Of a stretch of 64,000 nucleotides of DNA, positions 1 to 8,817 are shown piece after piece. The notes under the pieces were generated by a model. The model saw only the letters and a program-made list of their open reading frames with translations, had not been told where the DNA came from and did not search any database. The translations under genes and the position numbers were made by a program. Numbering within the stretch: position 1 is the stretch's first letter; each line of letters starts with the position of its first letter. Origin of the DNA: Polyangiaceae bacterium (GTDB lineage Bacteria > Myxococcota_A > Polyangia > Polyangiales > Polyangiaceae); NCBI GenBank assembly GCA_035063585.1, contig JAPSGB010000006.1:32001-96000 (forward strand). The letters run 5' to 3'.

Positions 1-2
1 GC

Positions 3-1598
3 CAGCTGAAGTGGGACGGGAGCGCACGTTGGGTGGGGCGGCGGGGCGCGGGCGGAGATCTCTCGCTCCGCGCCGCGACTGGCGCTCGCTTCGAGCTTCA
101 CCTGAGCGGACGGAAACCGGGGTCGGTGGGCGCGCTCCGCGCGATCTTCGCGCGAGGTCCCCTCTCGCCTGGCGGCTCGCTCACCATCGCACGCGTCCTC
201 TCGTACGGCGAGATGCCTGCTCCCGCGCCGGACCGACCCACCCCGAAGGGACGCCTGGTGGTGAAGGTGACCGACGAGCGCGGTCGACCGCTGCCGGCCA
301 AGATGCGGGTCGAGCGCGAGGGCCGGAAGGAGCCGCTGTTCCCCGAGGACGGAGATCTCGACGGCGCCGATCATTTCATGTGGACCGGTAGCGGGCACCT
401 CGAGCGTGAGCTCGAGCCGGGGCGCTACGCGCTCCTGGTCACCTCCGGCATCGAGCGCGACGCGGCGCGCCTCGCGGCGACCATCACCAGCGGCGGGCGG
501 GTCGAGCTCGACGCGAGGCTCCCAAGGGTAATCGACACTCCGGGGATCGTCGCCGGCGATCTCCACCTCCACCAGGCTCCGAGCGTGGACGCCGACATCT
601 CGTTCGCCAACCGCGTGGTCGCCATCGCGGCCGAGGGCGTCGAGTTCGCGGTCGCGACCGACCACTACGTGGTGACCGACCTCGCGCCTACCGTGCGCTG
701 GCTCACCGAGCGCGGTGTGCTCACCCGCGCCGTCCACACCGTCAGCGGGACCGAGGCGAGCACGCTCGGGCGACGATTCGGCCACTTCAACGTGTTCCCG
801 CTCCGGATGGGCCAGGCGGTCGTCTCCACCGACACCACGCCGGCCGAGCTCTTCGCGAGCGCGCGGCGCGCGGCGCCCGCGGGCATACTCCAGGTAAACC
901 ACCCGCGGATGGAGCCGGCGCTCGGCTACTTCAACTACTACGGGATGGACGAACAGACCGGCGCGGTGAGCGTCGCCGGGTTCGATCCCAACTTCGACAC
1001 GCTCGAGGTCTATAACGGTGACGAGGCCGCCGAGCTCGAGCAGGTCGAGCGCGTGCTCCGCGACTGGCTGCACCTGCTCGGCCGCGGCGCGCGCTACACC
1101 GCTACCGGCAGCAGCGACTCGCACAACCTCGCCTTCCTCGACCCAGGTCTGCCACGGACGCTCATCCGGTATGCGAGCGGCGGCGACGACGACCGCGACG
1201 TCGAGGCGCCGACGGCGGCGGTGATCACCGCGCTGAAGTCGGGTCGAGTGACGGTCACCAGCGGCCCGATCATAGACGCCCGCATCGGCGAGGCCGGGCC
1301 CGGCGACACCGCGCGGGTGAGCGGGGGTCGCGCTAGGCTCCACGTCACCGTGCGGGCAGCCCCATGGATCGACGTGCGCTGGGTCGAGCTCTACGTCGGT
1401 GGGAGCGGGAACGCTCGCGAGCGGCTGCCCGTGCGTCCCTCGCGCGAGGTGGTGCGCTTCGATCGCGACGTATACCTACCCGTGTCGGGGCCGACGTTCG
1501 TCGTGGTGGCGGCCAAGGGTATCCGCGAACTGCCGAACGTGTCGCGCTCGGGCACCCAGCCGTTCGGGTTCACGAACCCCATCTGGATCACTCGTTGA
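3..1598 (+). CDS. CehA/McbA-like PHP-fold metallohydrolase (5' partial, runs off window edge)
   Basis: Frame open back to position 3; PHP-type motifs GDLHLH, ATDH, GHFNVF, VNHP, GSSDSH. Confidence 0.8.
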   Translation, partial: QLKWDGSARWVGRRGAGGDLSLRAATGARFELHLSGRKPGSVGALRAIFARGPLSPGGSLTIARVLSYGEMPAPAPDRPTPKGRLVVKVTDERGRPLPAKMRVEREGRKEPLFPEDGDLDGADHFMWTGSGHLERELEPGRYALLVTSGIERDAARLAATITSGGRVELDARLPRVIDTPGIVAGDLHLHQAPSVDADISFANRVVAIAAEGVEFAVATDHYVVTDLAPTVRWLTERGVLTRAVHTVSGTEASTLGRRFGHFNVFPLRMGQAVVSTDTTPAELFASARRAAPAGILQVNHPRMEPALGYFNYYGMDEQTGAVSVAGFDPNFDTLEVYNGDEAAELEQVERVLRDWLHLLGRGARYTATGSSDSHNLAFLDPGLPRTLIRYASGGDDDRDVEAPTAAVITALKSGRVTVTSGPIIDARIGEAGPGDTARVSGGRARLHVTVRAAPWIDVRWVELYVGGSGNARERLPVRPSREVVRFDRDVYLPVSGPTFVVVAAKGIRELPNVSRSGTQPFGFTNPIWITR

Positions 1599-1604
1599 GC
1601 CGGC

Positions 1605-3938
1605 TCAGCGGAGGTCGCCCCACACGGTCAGGGCGGCCGCCGTGTCGAGGTCGATGTCCGCTGGCTCTCGCATCACCTTGTGACCCGGCAGAAGCTCGGC
1701 AGACTCGACGTCGTAGGTCCAGCGCCAGAGCGCCTGGGCCGCGATGGGATTTTCGCCGAGCACGTCGCTCACGCACGACGGATCCACGTCGAGCGCACAG
1801 AGCCGTGGCGCGCGCCCGAGACGCCCGCGCAGCATCCACGTGCCGATCAGCGTGGCGTAGGTGTCTCCGAGCGTCGCGACCAGTGGTCGCCCGATGACCG
1901 GCGAGATCCCGTTCGCGGTAGACCACAGATCGACGCCTCCTACCGAATCGGGGACGCGCAAGTCGAGCGCCCGGAGCACGGTGCGCGCGATGTCCACCGC
2001 GGTGGCCGGCCCCTTCGCCTCGACCCCCGCGAACTTGCCTTGTGGAAACTTTACCAGGAGCGGAACGACCAGCCGATCTTCGGTGAGTGGTCCGGCGGGC
2101 TCGAAGGGCACCCCGCTCAGCTCGCCGCTGGCGACATCGCCGACGAAGACCACCAACGCGTCGTCCCAGGCATCGTGACGCTCGAGCGTGTCGAGCACCT
2201 TGGCGAGCCCCGCGTTCTGCCGGAGCATCACCGCCGTCTCGATGGCGCGGAGCCGCGTCCAGTCGGCCGGCTCGAGTCGGTGCGGCTTGCGATCCGAGCC
2301 GCCCCTGACACCGGCGAGCAGGATGCCGCCGCGGCGCGCGTCGACCACACCCTCGTATTCCTCGGGCGGGAGCTTGGCTACGGCGTCGCCGTCGAGGTCC
2401 CACGGTGGATGCAGCCCGCGCTCGTGGATCACGACGAAGCGACGGGCAGGGCCCTGAGCGAGCTCTTGGTCCAGCCAGCGCGCAGCGCGTAGGTACGGCT
2501 CGGTCGCCGGTAGGTCCTGAACCGGGGAGACGAACTCGAAGCGATCCCACCCGCTCTCGAAGCCGAAGGCGGTCGAGGTGGTGGGAACGCCCGTGAACAT
2601 GGCAGCGCGACCGCTCGCCTCCTTCACGGTCTCCGCGATGGTGCGGACGTTCGCCGGCAGGCGCGCCGCGGGGTCTTCGAGCGTGTGAGCGCGCGGGTCG
2701 AGGCCGGTCAGCATCGACGCGACGGCTCCAGCGGGCACCGTGATGGGCGCGCGGTAACCGCTGAACGCCGCGCCTCCCCGCGCGAGCTCGCCGAGCGCCC
2801 CCAGGCCCTCGATGGGTCCCCACGGTGGCACCAGGCGACGCTCCATGGAGGCGGCGATCACCAGCACCACCGTGCTCGCGCGCGGCAGCGCCGGGAGCTC
2901 TCGTCGAGCGTGCTCGATCACCGGATCGCCGAAGAGGACCCTTCCGCCCTGGCTAGCGTCGGTGACGCCGAGCTCGAGCACTATGAGCTCGGACGCGTAC
3001 GACCCGAGCGCGACGTCGATGGGCGTCCAGGTCGCGCCCGGTCCGCCGGTGACCCTGCGCTCGGCCAGCGTCACCGGCGCCTCACCGTCGCGGAGCACGC
3101 GGAGCTCGGCGGCTCCGCGCCCGTCACCCCAGTAGCCGAGCGCGACTCGCAAGCGCGCGTCGGCCGCCGGCCGAAGCGTACAGCGCACCGAAGAGGCGGC
3201 GCGCAGCGCGATCGAGCGGCGCGGCTGGCCGTCGAGCGGCTCGTCCACGACGATGTCCTTCAAGGTGGGCGCCGAGTAGGTCGCGCTGAGCTCGTCCCCG
3301 GGCCCGAGCCGCGCCCAGTCGAGCTCGGCATAAGGCTCACGGTTGCCGCCGGTGGCGCGCCCGCCCGATAGGCGCACGGTGAGCGTGTGGCGACCGCGGG
3401 CGAGCGTCGTGCTCGAGCCAGGCAAGTCGACGACCCGGGTCTCGCCGGTCGTCAGCTTCGCGGAGCCTAGCCCCTGACCGTCGACCTCCGCGCCGAGCCG
3501 CTGCGCGACGCCGCCGTGCACCCGCACCGAGAGGGTGACCTTCTCTTCCGGCTCGTCGAGCCAGAAGTCGTAGGATGCGCGGCGCGCGAACAGACGCTCG
3601 AAGGTCGCGCCCTCGCGCTCGACGTCCGCGCTCGCATCGCTCGGGCTCGACGACCACCCCCTCCGGCTGCGGAGCTGCGGCGTGCCGAAATCGAACGAGA
3701 GCCCGCGATGGCGGACCTCGCAGCGCGGGAGCTCGTTCACCAAGTCGAGGTGATCGGTGCCGAGTCGCGGCGCGCTCGCGAGAGGGGGAGCGCCCGCGAC
3801 CCGCGGCGCCGAGGCCGAGGCGGGCGCGGGGGTTGGCGAAGACGTCGAACGACCGCACGCGTAGAGCGCGAGCGCGAGCGCGCCTGCGCCCGCGCCGAGG
3901 GCGACCAGAGTCCGCGTCCGCACTCGCTCCACGACCAC
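1605..3938 (-). CDS. Sulfatase-like (alkaline phosphatase superfamily) exported protein, catalytic motifs degenerate
   Basis: N-terminal hydrophobic/lipoprotein-like signal; ASMLTG, GLHPPW, VPLLVKFP, VDIARTVL motifs; no CxPxR. Confidence 0.7.
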   Translation of the reverse strand: MVVERVRTRTLVALGAGAGALALALYACGRSTSSPTPAPASASAPRVAGAPPLASAPRLGTDHLDLVNELPRCEVRHRGLSFDFGTPQLRSRRGWSSSPSDASADVEREGATFERLFARRASYDFWLDEPEEKVTLSVRVHGGVAQRLGAEVDGQGLGSAKLTTGETRVVDLPGSSTTLARGRHTLTVRLSGGRATGGNREPYAELDWARLGPGDELSATYSAPTLKDIVVDEPLDGQPRRSIALRAASSVRCTLRPAADARLRVALGYWGDGRGAAELRVLRDGEAPVTLAERRVTGGPGATWTPIDVALGSYASELIVLELGVTDASQGGRVLFGDPVIEHARRELPALPRASTVVLVIAASMERRLVPPWGPIEGLGALGELARGGAAFSGYRAPITVPAGAVASMLTGLDPRAHTLEDPAARLPANVRTIAETVKEASGRAAMFTGVPTTSTAFGFESGWDRFEFVSPVQDLPATEPYLRAARWLDQELAQGPARRFVVIHERGLHPPWDLDGDAVAKLPPEEYEGVVDARRGGILLAGVRGGSDRKPHRLEPADWTRLRAIETAVMLRQNAGLAKVLDTLERHDAWDDALVVFVGDVASGELSGVPFEPAGPLTEDRLVVPLLVKFPQGKFAGVEAKGPATAVDIARTVLRALDLRVPDSVGGVDLWSTANGISPVIGRPLVATLGDTYATLIGTWMLRGRLGRAPRLCALDVDPSCVSDVLGENPIAAQALWRWTYDVESAELLPGHKVMREPADIDLDTAAALTVWGDLR

Positions 3939-3990
3939 CCCGCCCTAGCGCGAAAACCGCTCGCGCGCAGGATCTCCGGTCACTCTCCGA

Positions 3991-6900
3991 CTATTTCGCG
4001 GGCGCGGCGAGCGTGAGCTGGGCGCGGCGCCCGGCGCTCACGGTCACGGTGTCCTCGCGTGCCGAGCCCGCGTCACCCGTCTTGACCGTGTGGCTGCCGG
4101 GTGCGAGCGGGACGCGCCGAAGCGGACCGCGCCCGACGAAGGTCCCGTCCACGTAGATGACCTCGTCGCCGGGCGTGTTCACCTCGAGCAACCCCTTCCC
4201 CTCCCCGAGCTCGAACCCGGGAGGCAGCGGAAGCTCGGTGAGCGCCGCCGGCGTCGGGCTCGTGCTCGGATCTTTCACGCGTGCAGGGCTCGGCGTGGTC
4301 GCCGCGGCGCTCGCAGGCCCGCTCACGGTCACCTTCGCCGCCGGCGGCGCCGCCGCGCCGGGCTCGGCGACGAAGTGGCTCACGCCGAGGTAAGCCACCG
4401 CGCCCGCCGCGCTCGCCGCCAGGATGAGCTTCAGCGCGCCGAGCGGCTTGCTCCCCGCGTTCGCTCCGGAGCGCGGCGCTTCGTCGTCCGCTGGCGTGCG
4501 CTCCGCGCTCACGTCGCCTTCCGGCGCACGCTCTTCACGCGCACGCGAGGGTGCCGGGCGAGCGCCGGAACCGACGGTGGGGGCGCGGCGCGGGAACTCG
4601 ATCTTGCGCGTCGCCGGGAGCGCGACCTCCGGCGCCGCGGCGCGCGGTTCCGCGCCGCCCCGACCCCCCGAGTCCGCCTCATCGGATTCCCCATGGAAGT
4701 CCGGACCGGGCTCGCTCGGCTCGGCGTGCGCGGCGGGACTCGGCTCGCTCGAGCGCGACGGCGTGGGCTCGTGCGAGCTCGAGCCGATGGCGTCCGGCTC
4801 GGGGGTTGGCGGTTCGGCGCGGCCGGCGTCGGGGCTCGTCGGTTCGGCGCGGCCGGCCTCGGGGCTCGTCGGTTCGGCGCGGCCGGCGTCGGGGCTCGCG
4901 GGGCGCGGTGGCATGGTGACAGGGCGCACCGCGAGCTGAGGCGGCGACGCGTCACGAGCGCTCGCTGGCGCGGGTGACGGCTCGTGCTCCTCCGCCGGCT
5001 CGGACGCCCCTGCGAGGAGACCGCGCGGCGGCTCCGAGAGCTCGGTCGGCGGCGCTTCGGATGACTCGGTCCACATGTTCGGTTGCTCCTCCGGGGCCAG
5101 CGCAGCGGCCTCGACCGCCGCTTCCGCGCCGGGCGCCGGTGCGTCCTCGATCGACTCGGCCTCTCGGGACGGCGCCGACGGGAACGCTTCATCGGTTACT
5201 TTAGTATTGACGGGGGCGACGTCACCGATCCCCGGCTGCGTGTGCTCGCGGCTGAAGCGCTCGGCGGCGGCTCGCTCGGGGTCGAGCGCCGCGCTGGGCG
5301 TCACGCCCGTGCTGAGGGGTAGGGGCGAGCGCTCGTACTCGCTGACCCGAACCTCGTCCCAACCCTTCGAATCGACCAGCTCGGAGGTCGCAGCGGGAGG
5401 CTCGGGGGACAAATCGAAGCTGAACACCGCCGGCGCGACCGCTGGCGCGGCGGCGACGAGCGCCGGTGGAGGCGTACGGGTGTGCTTGGCGGCAGCGATC
5501 AACTCCGCGTCGACGACCGCTGGCGGCGCGGCCGTCACGTCGAGTTCCTGGCCGTCTTCCCGCACCACGCGACCGACCGCGCCATGACGAACCAGATCCG
5601 TGAGCACTCCGTCGAGCAGCCGCGACGAGATCCCCGACTCGAGCAGCGCCCGAGGCGAGGCTCCGTCGGCGAGGCGTCGAAGGACGGCCGCGGCGTCGCC
5701 CGGCAAGACGGCGGCGTAGCCGCCCAGCTGGGCGAGGTCGACCTCGAGGCGGGCGATGCGGAGGAGTGACGCGGCCGAGAGCGCGCGCTCGGCCTCGCGC
5801 GCGCGACCGATGGAGCCGGCGAGCACCTGATCGAGCGCACCATCGAACTCGAAGCGGCAGGGCGCTTGGTCAGGCGCAATGGCGAAGCGCCCCGCGCTCA
5901 CGCCAATCAGCGCATCGAGGACGCGCTCGCCACGCTCGAAGCTACCGTCGGTGGCGGTGCGGACCGCGGCGCAGAGCGCTCCGTCGCGGATCTCGACCTC
6001 GTAGAGATAGACGGCGTCGCGGAAGCTCACCCGAAGATCACCGCCGCGGCGGCACGCGAGCTGGAGAATGAGCCGAGGGGAGAGACCGTCGAGTCGCCCT
6101 CGCACTACCCCGCCCATGGTGATGCGCGCCTCGACGCGCGCGCGCGGCCTGAGCACCTCGCGGACCCGCTGGATCACCTGCGACGCGGTCGCCTCCTTGC
6201 GCAGATAGCCGTCGGCGTCCGCGCCGAGCTCGCGCACCCGCTGCAGGAGATCTTCCTTCCACGAGAGCAGGATGACGGGAACGTCGCGAATGGCAGCGTC
6301 GCGCTTGATCTCGCGGCAGAGCGCGAAGCCGTCGAGCCCCGGCATGAGCACGTCACTGATGACGAGATCGGGCCACGCGCTGCGGGCGAGCTCGAGCGCG
6401 CGCTCACCGTCGTGAGCCTCGAGCACCTCGGCGCCCGCTGCCTCGAGCAGGCCGCTCAAGAACCAGACCACCGCCGGGTCGTCATCGACGACCACCACGC
6501 GCCGCCCCGAGATCGGGATGCCCTCGTCGTCGCGCGAGCCCCCGAGGGCGCGCTCGCCAGCGCTGCGCTCCGCGCCCGTCCACGGCGCGAGCGGAATGGC
6601 GCCCTCCGGGCCGTCCGGCTCGAAGCGCACCTTGCCTCCCGAGCGCATGGTCACCAGCTCGCGCACGCGCGCGACCGCCGACCACACCGCAGCCAGCACG
6701 TCGGTACCTTCGCCGAGCGGAACGGTCGACATCGCGGCCTCGGTCTCCACGCTATCGGCGAGCCCGCGATGGATCTCGGAGGCGATTCGGTCGGCGAGCG
6801 CGGACACCGTGACGTCGCCGAGCGGCTCGCGCGGCGCCGGCGTGGACGGCCCCCGCTGACAGACCTCGAGCACGGTGCGCCGGAGCGTGCCGGGCGTCAC

Positions 6901-7608
6901 CGGCTTCGGCAGGACCCGCGCGACGCCGAGCCCGGCGAAGCCGGCGGCCGCCTCGGGGTGATCGAAGGTGCCGATCAGCACGAACGGAACCGGATCGACC
7001 AGGGGATCGTGCGAGAGCAGCTCGACGAGCTCGCGCGCGCCGCGACGGTCGGCGTCGACGAGGATGACGTCCGGTCCGGTCACGCGCGCCAGCTCGCGCA
7101 TCTCGCTCGAGTCCTCGGAGCGCACTACCTCCACCGGTGTCTCGTCCGACTCGAGCGCAGCGGCGAGGGCCGCTCCACCGAAGACCATGGCGACCGTGGG
7201 CCAGCCCTCGGCGTCCAGCGCGCTCGGCTCGACGCGAGCCGGCGCGGGCGGCGGCACGCTGACCTTCGCGCCCCAGGCGAGCGAGGGCAGGAGGTCGAGC
7301 GCGCGGGACAGCTCGGCCAGCTCCGCGGGGCGGGTGACGCCCTCGGCCGCCGCGCGCTGGAGCGCGGCCTCGGCCGTCTTCAAGGTCTCGGCGAGCGCGT
7401 CGAAGCCGAGGACGCCCGCCGCGGCGCCCATGGCGTGAATGCGCCGCTGGAGCTGCGCGCGCCGGGTCGGGCTCCGCGGCTCGGCCTCGAGCGTCCGGAG
7501 CGCGCTACGGAGCGCGTCGAGCCGACGACCGAGGCTGGCGACGAAATCCGCGCGCGCGCCTACCGAGGCGGATCGCTCGCCGGTGCTCGTCTCGTGCGCC
7601 TCCATCAT
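3991..7608 (-). CDS. Multidomain response regulator: Hpt-like, two receivers, DUF4388-like region, Pro-rich linker, TM helix, PEGA-like C-terminus
   Basis: RIHAMGAAAGVLG (Hpt-like); DVILVD..LPKP; VVVVDDD..DLVISDVLMPGLDG..YLRK; IYVDGTFVGRGPL. Start moved to ATG 7608 because the longer ORF overlaps leuB. Confidence 0.8.
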   Translation of the reverse strand: MMEAHETSTGERSASVGARADFVASLGRRLDALRSALRTLEAEPRSPTRRAQLQRRIHAMGAAAGVLGFDALAETLKTAEAALQRAAAEGVTRPAELAELSRALDLLPSLAWGAKVSVPPPAPARVEPSALDAEGWPTVAMVFGGAALAAALESDETPVEVVRSEDSSEMRELARVTGPDVILVDADRRGARELVELLSHDPLVDPVPFVLIGTFDHPEAAAGFAGLGVARVLPKPVTPGTLRRTVLEVCQRGPSTPAPREPLGDVTVSALADRIASEIHRGLADSVETEAAMSTVPLGEGTDVLAAVWSAVARVRELVTMRSGGKVRFEPDGPEGAIPLAPWTGAERSAGERALGGSRDDEGIPISGRRVVVVDDDPAVVWFLSGLLEAAGAEVLEAHDGERALELARSAWPDLVISDVLMPGLDGFALCREIKRDAAIRDVPVILLSWKEDLLQRVRELGADADGYLRKEATASQVIQRVREVLRPRARVEARITMGGVVRGRLDGLSPRLILQLACRRGGDLRVSFRDAVYLYEVEIRDGALCAAVRTATDGSFERGERVLDALIGVSAGRFAIAPDQAPCRFEFDGALDQVLAGSIGRAREAERALSAASLLRIARLEVDLAQLGGYAAVLPGDAAAVLRRLADGASPRALLESGISSRLLDGVLTDLVRHGAVGRVVREDGQELDVTAAPPAVVDAELIAAAKHTRTPPPALVAAAPAVAPAVFSFDLSPEPPAATSELVDSKGWDEVRVSEYERSPLPLSTGVTPSAALDPERAAAERFSREHTQPGIGDVAPVNTKVTDEAFPSAPSREAESIEDAPAPGAEAAVEAAALAPEEQPNMWTESSEAPPTELSEPPRGLLAGASEPAEEHEPSPAPASARDASPPQLAVRPVTMPPRPASPDAGRAEPTSPEAGRAEPTSPDAGRAEPPTPEPDAIGSSSHEPTPSRSSEPSPAAHAEPSEPGPDFHGESDEADSGGRGGAEPRAAAPEVALPATRKIEFPRRAPTVGSGARPAPSRAREERAPEGDVSAERTPADDEAPRSGANAGSKPLGALKLILAASAAGAVAYLGVSHFVAEPGAAAPPAAKVTVSGPASAAATTPSPARVKDPSTSPTPAALTELPLPPGFELGEGKGLLEVNTPGDEVIYVDGTFVGRGPLRRVPLAPGSHTVKTGDAGSAREDTVTVSAGRRAQLTLAAPAK
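4811..4898. repeat. 30-bp tandem repeat, 3 copies (encodes DAGRAEPTSP-like units)
   Basis: ggttcggcgcggccggc(g/c)tcggggctcgtc at 4811, 4841, 4871. Confidence 0.9.
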
Positions 7609-7682
7609 CCCGGTCGGCCCTAGCACAGCCGCCGGGGATGGCAGAGTTTTCGGCGACGGCGCAACCGGCGTGCCGGCTCGGC

Positions 7683-8756
7683 TCAAGCGCCCGCGAGCCG
7701 CGCGCGGACCGCCGCGCCCGCCGCCCGCGTACCGAGCTCGCCGCCCACGTCGCGCGTACACTCGCCGGCCTCGATGGCCTCGCCGACCGCGCGCTCGATG
7801 CGTGCTTCCTCTCCGGCGAAGCCGAGGTGGCTCAGCATCATCCCAACCGTGAGCAGCGCGGCCATCGGGTTGGCGACGTCCTTGCCGGCGAGCGGCGGAG
7901 CCGAGCCGTGGACCGGCTCGAACAACGCGACCCGCCCCGGGTCGGCCGGATGGATGTTGGCGCTGGCGGCCATGCCGAGCCCGCCCTGGAGCCCGGCGCC
8001 GAGATCGGTCACGATGTCGCCGAACAGGTTGTTGGTGACGACCACCTCGAACTGTGACGGATCCTGCACGACGAGCAGGCACATCGCGTCGATGTAGAGG
8101 TGCTTGGCGTCGAGCTCCGGGTAGTCGCGCTTCACCTCGTCGAACACACGCAGCCACAACTCGTGCGCGTGCCGCATCGCGTTCGACTTGTCTGCCATGT
8201 GGACGCGCTTCTTGCCGGTCTTTCGCGCGTGTTCGAAGGCCGCGCGGATGATCCGCTCCACGCCCTTGCGCGTGTTGATGTCCTCGTTGATGGCGACCTC
8301 GTCCGCGGTGCCGCGCTTGAACTGCCCGCCAAGGCCCGCGTAGATCCCCTCGGTGTTCTCGCGAAACACCACGAAATCCACGTCCTTCCGACCGCGGGCC
8401 TTGAGCGGCACCAGGCGATCGGACAGCGCCTTCACGGGGCGGACGTTGGCGTAGAGGTCGAAGCCGAACCGCATCCCGAACAGGATGTCGCGCGCGTGCT
8501 CCAGGCCCGGCACGCGCGGGTCGCCCAGAGCTCCGAGCAGCACCGCCGCGCACTCCCTCTCGATGGCGTCGCGGATCTCCTTCGGGAAGGTCGTCCCGTC
8601 TCGGAGGTAGCGCTCGGCGCCCAGATCGAGCTGCCAGAGCTCCAAGGGCAGACCGCGCTCGGCGAGGTACCACTCGAGCAGGAGCGACGCCTCTCGAGTG
8701 ACCTCGGGCCCGATCCCGTCACCGCCAATGACCGCGATCTTCTTCGTCTCTGCCAT
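7683..8756 (-). CDS. leuB: 3-isopropylmalate dehydrogenase (isocitrate/isopropylmalate dehydrogenase family)
   Basis: IGGDGIGPEV, NVRPV, RENTEGIY, DKSN, NLFGDIVTDL, FEPVHGSAP. Exact substrate uncertain; no leuCD nearby. Confidence 0.75.
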   Translation of the reverse strand: MAETKKIAVIGGDGIGPEVTREASLLLEWYLAERGLPLELWQLDLGAERYLRDGTTFPKEIRDAIERECAAVLLGALGDPRVPGLEHARDILFGMRFGFDLYANVRPVKALSDRLVPLKARGRKDVDFVVFRENTEGIYAGLGGQFKRGTADEVAINEDINTRKGVERIIRAAFEHARKTGKKRVHMADKSNAMRHAHELWLRVFDEVKRDYPELDAKHLYIDAMCLLVVQDPSQFEVVVTNNLFGDIVTDLGAGLQGGLGMAASANIHPADPGRVALFEPVHGSAPPLAGKDVANPMAALLTVGMMLSHLGFAGEEARIERAVGEAIEAGECTRDVGGELGTRAAGAAVRARLAGA

Positions 8757-8817
8757 GTCAGGGCGCTCATAGTTCGATCCGCGCACCGTTTGAAGCCGAG
8801 CCGAGCAACGCGGCGCG

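Noticed and set aside
7609..8673. N-terminal extension giving a 1560-aa ORF
   Set aside because: Arg-rich off-frame shadow of leuB; the same applies to the extensions of 12477..14921, 23127..26006, 34580..38275 and 40418..42013
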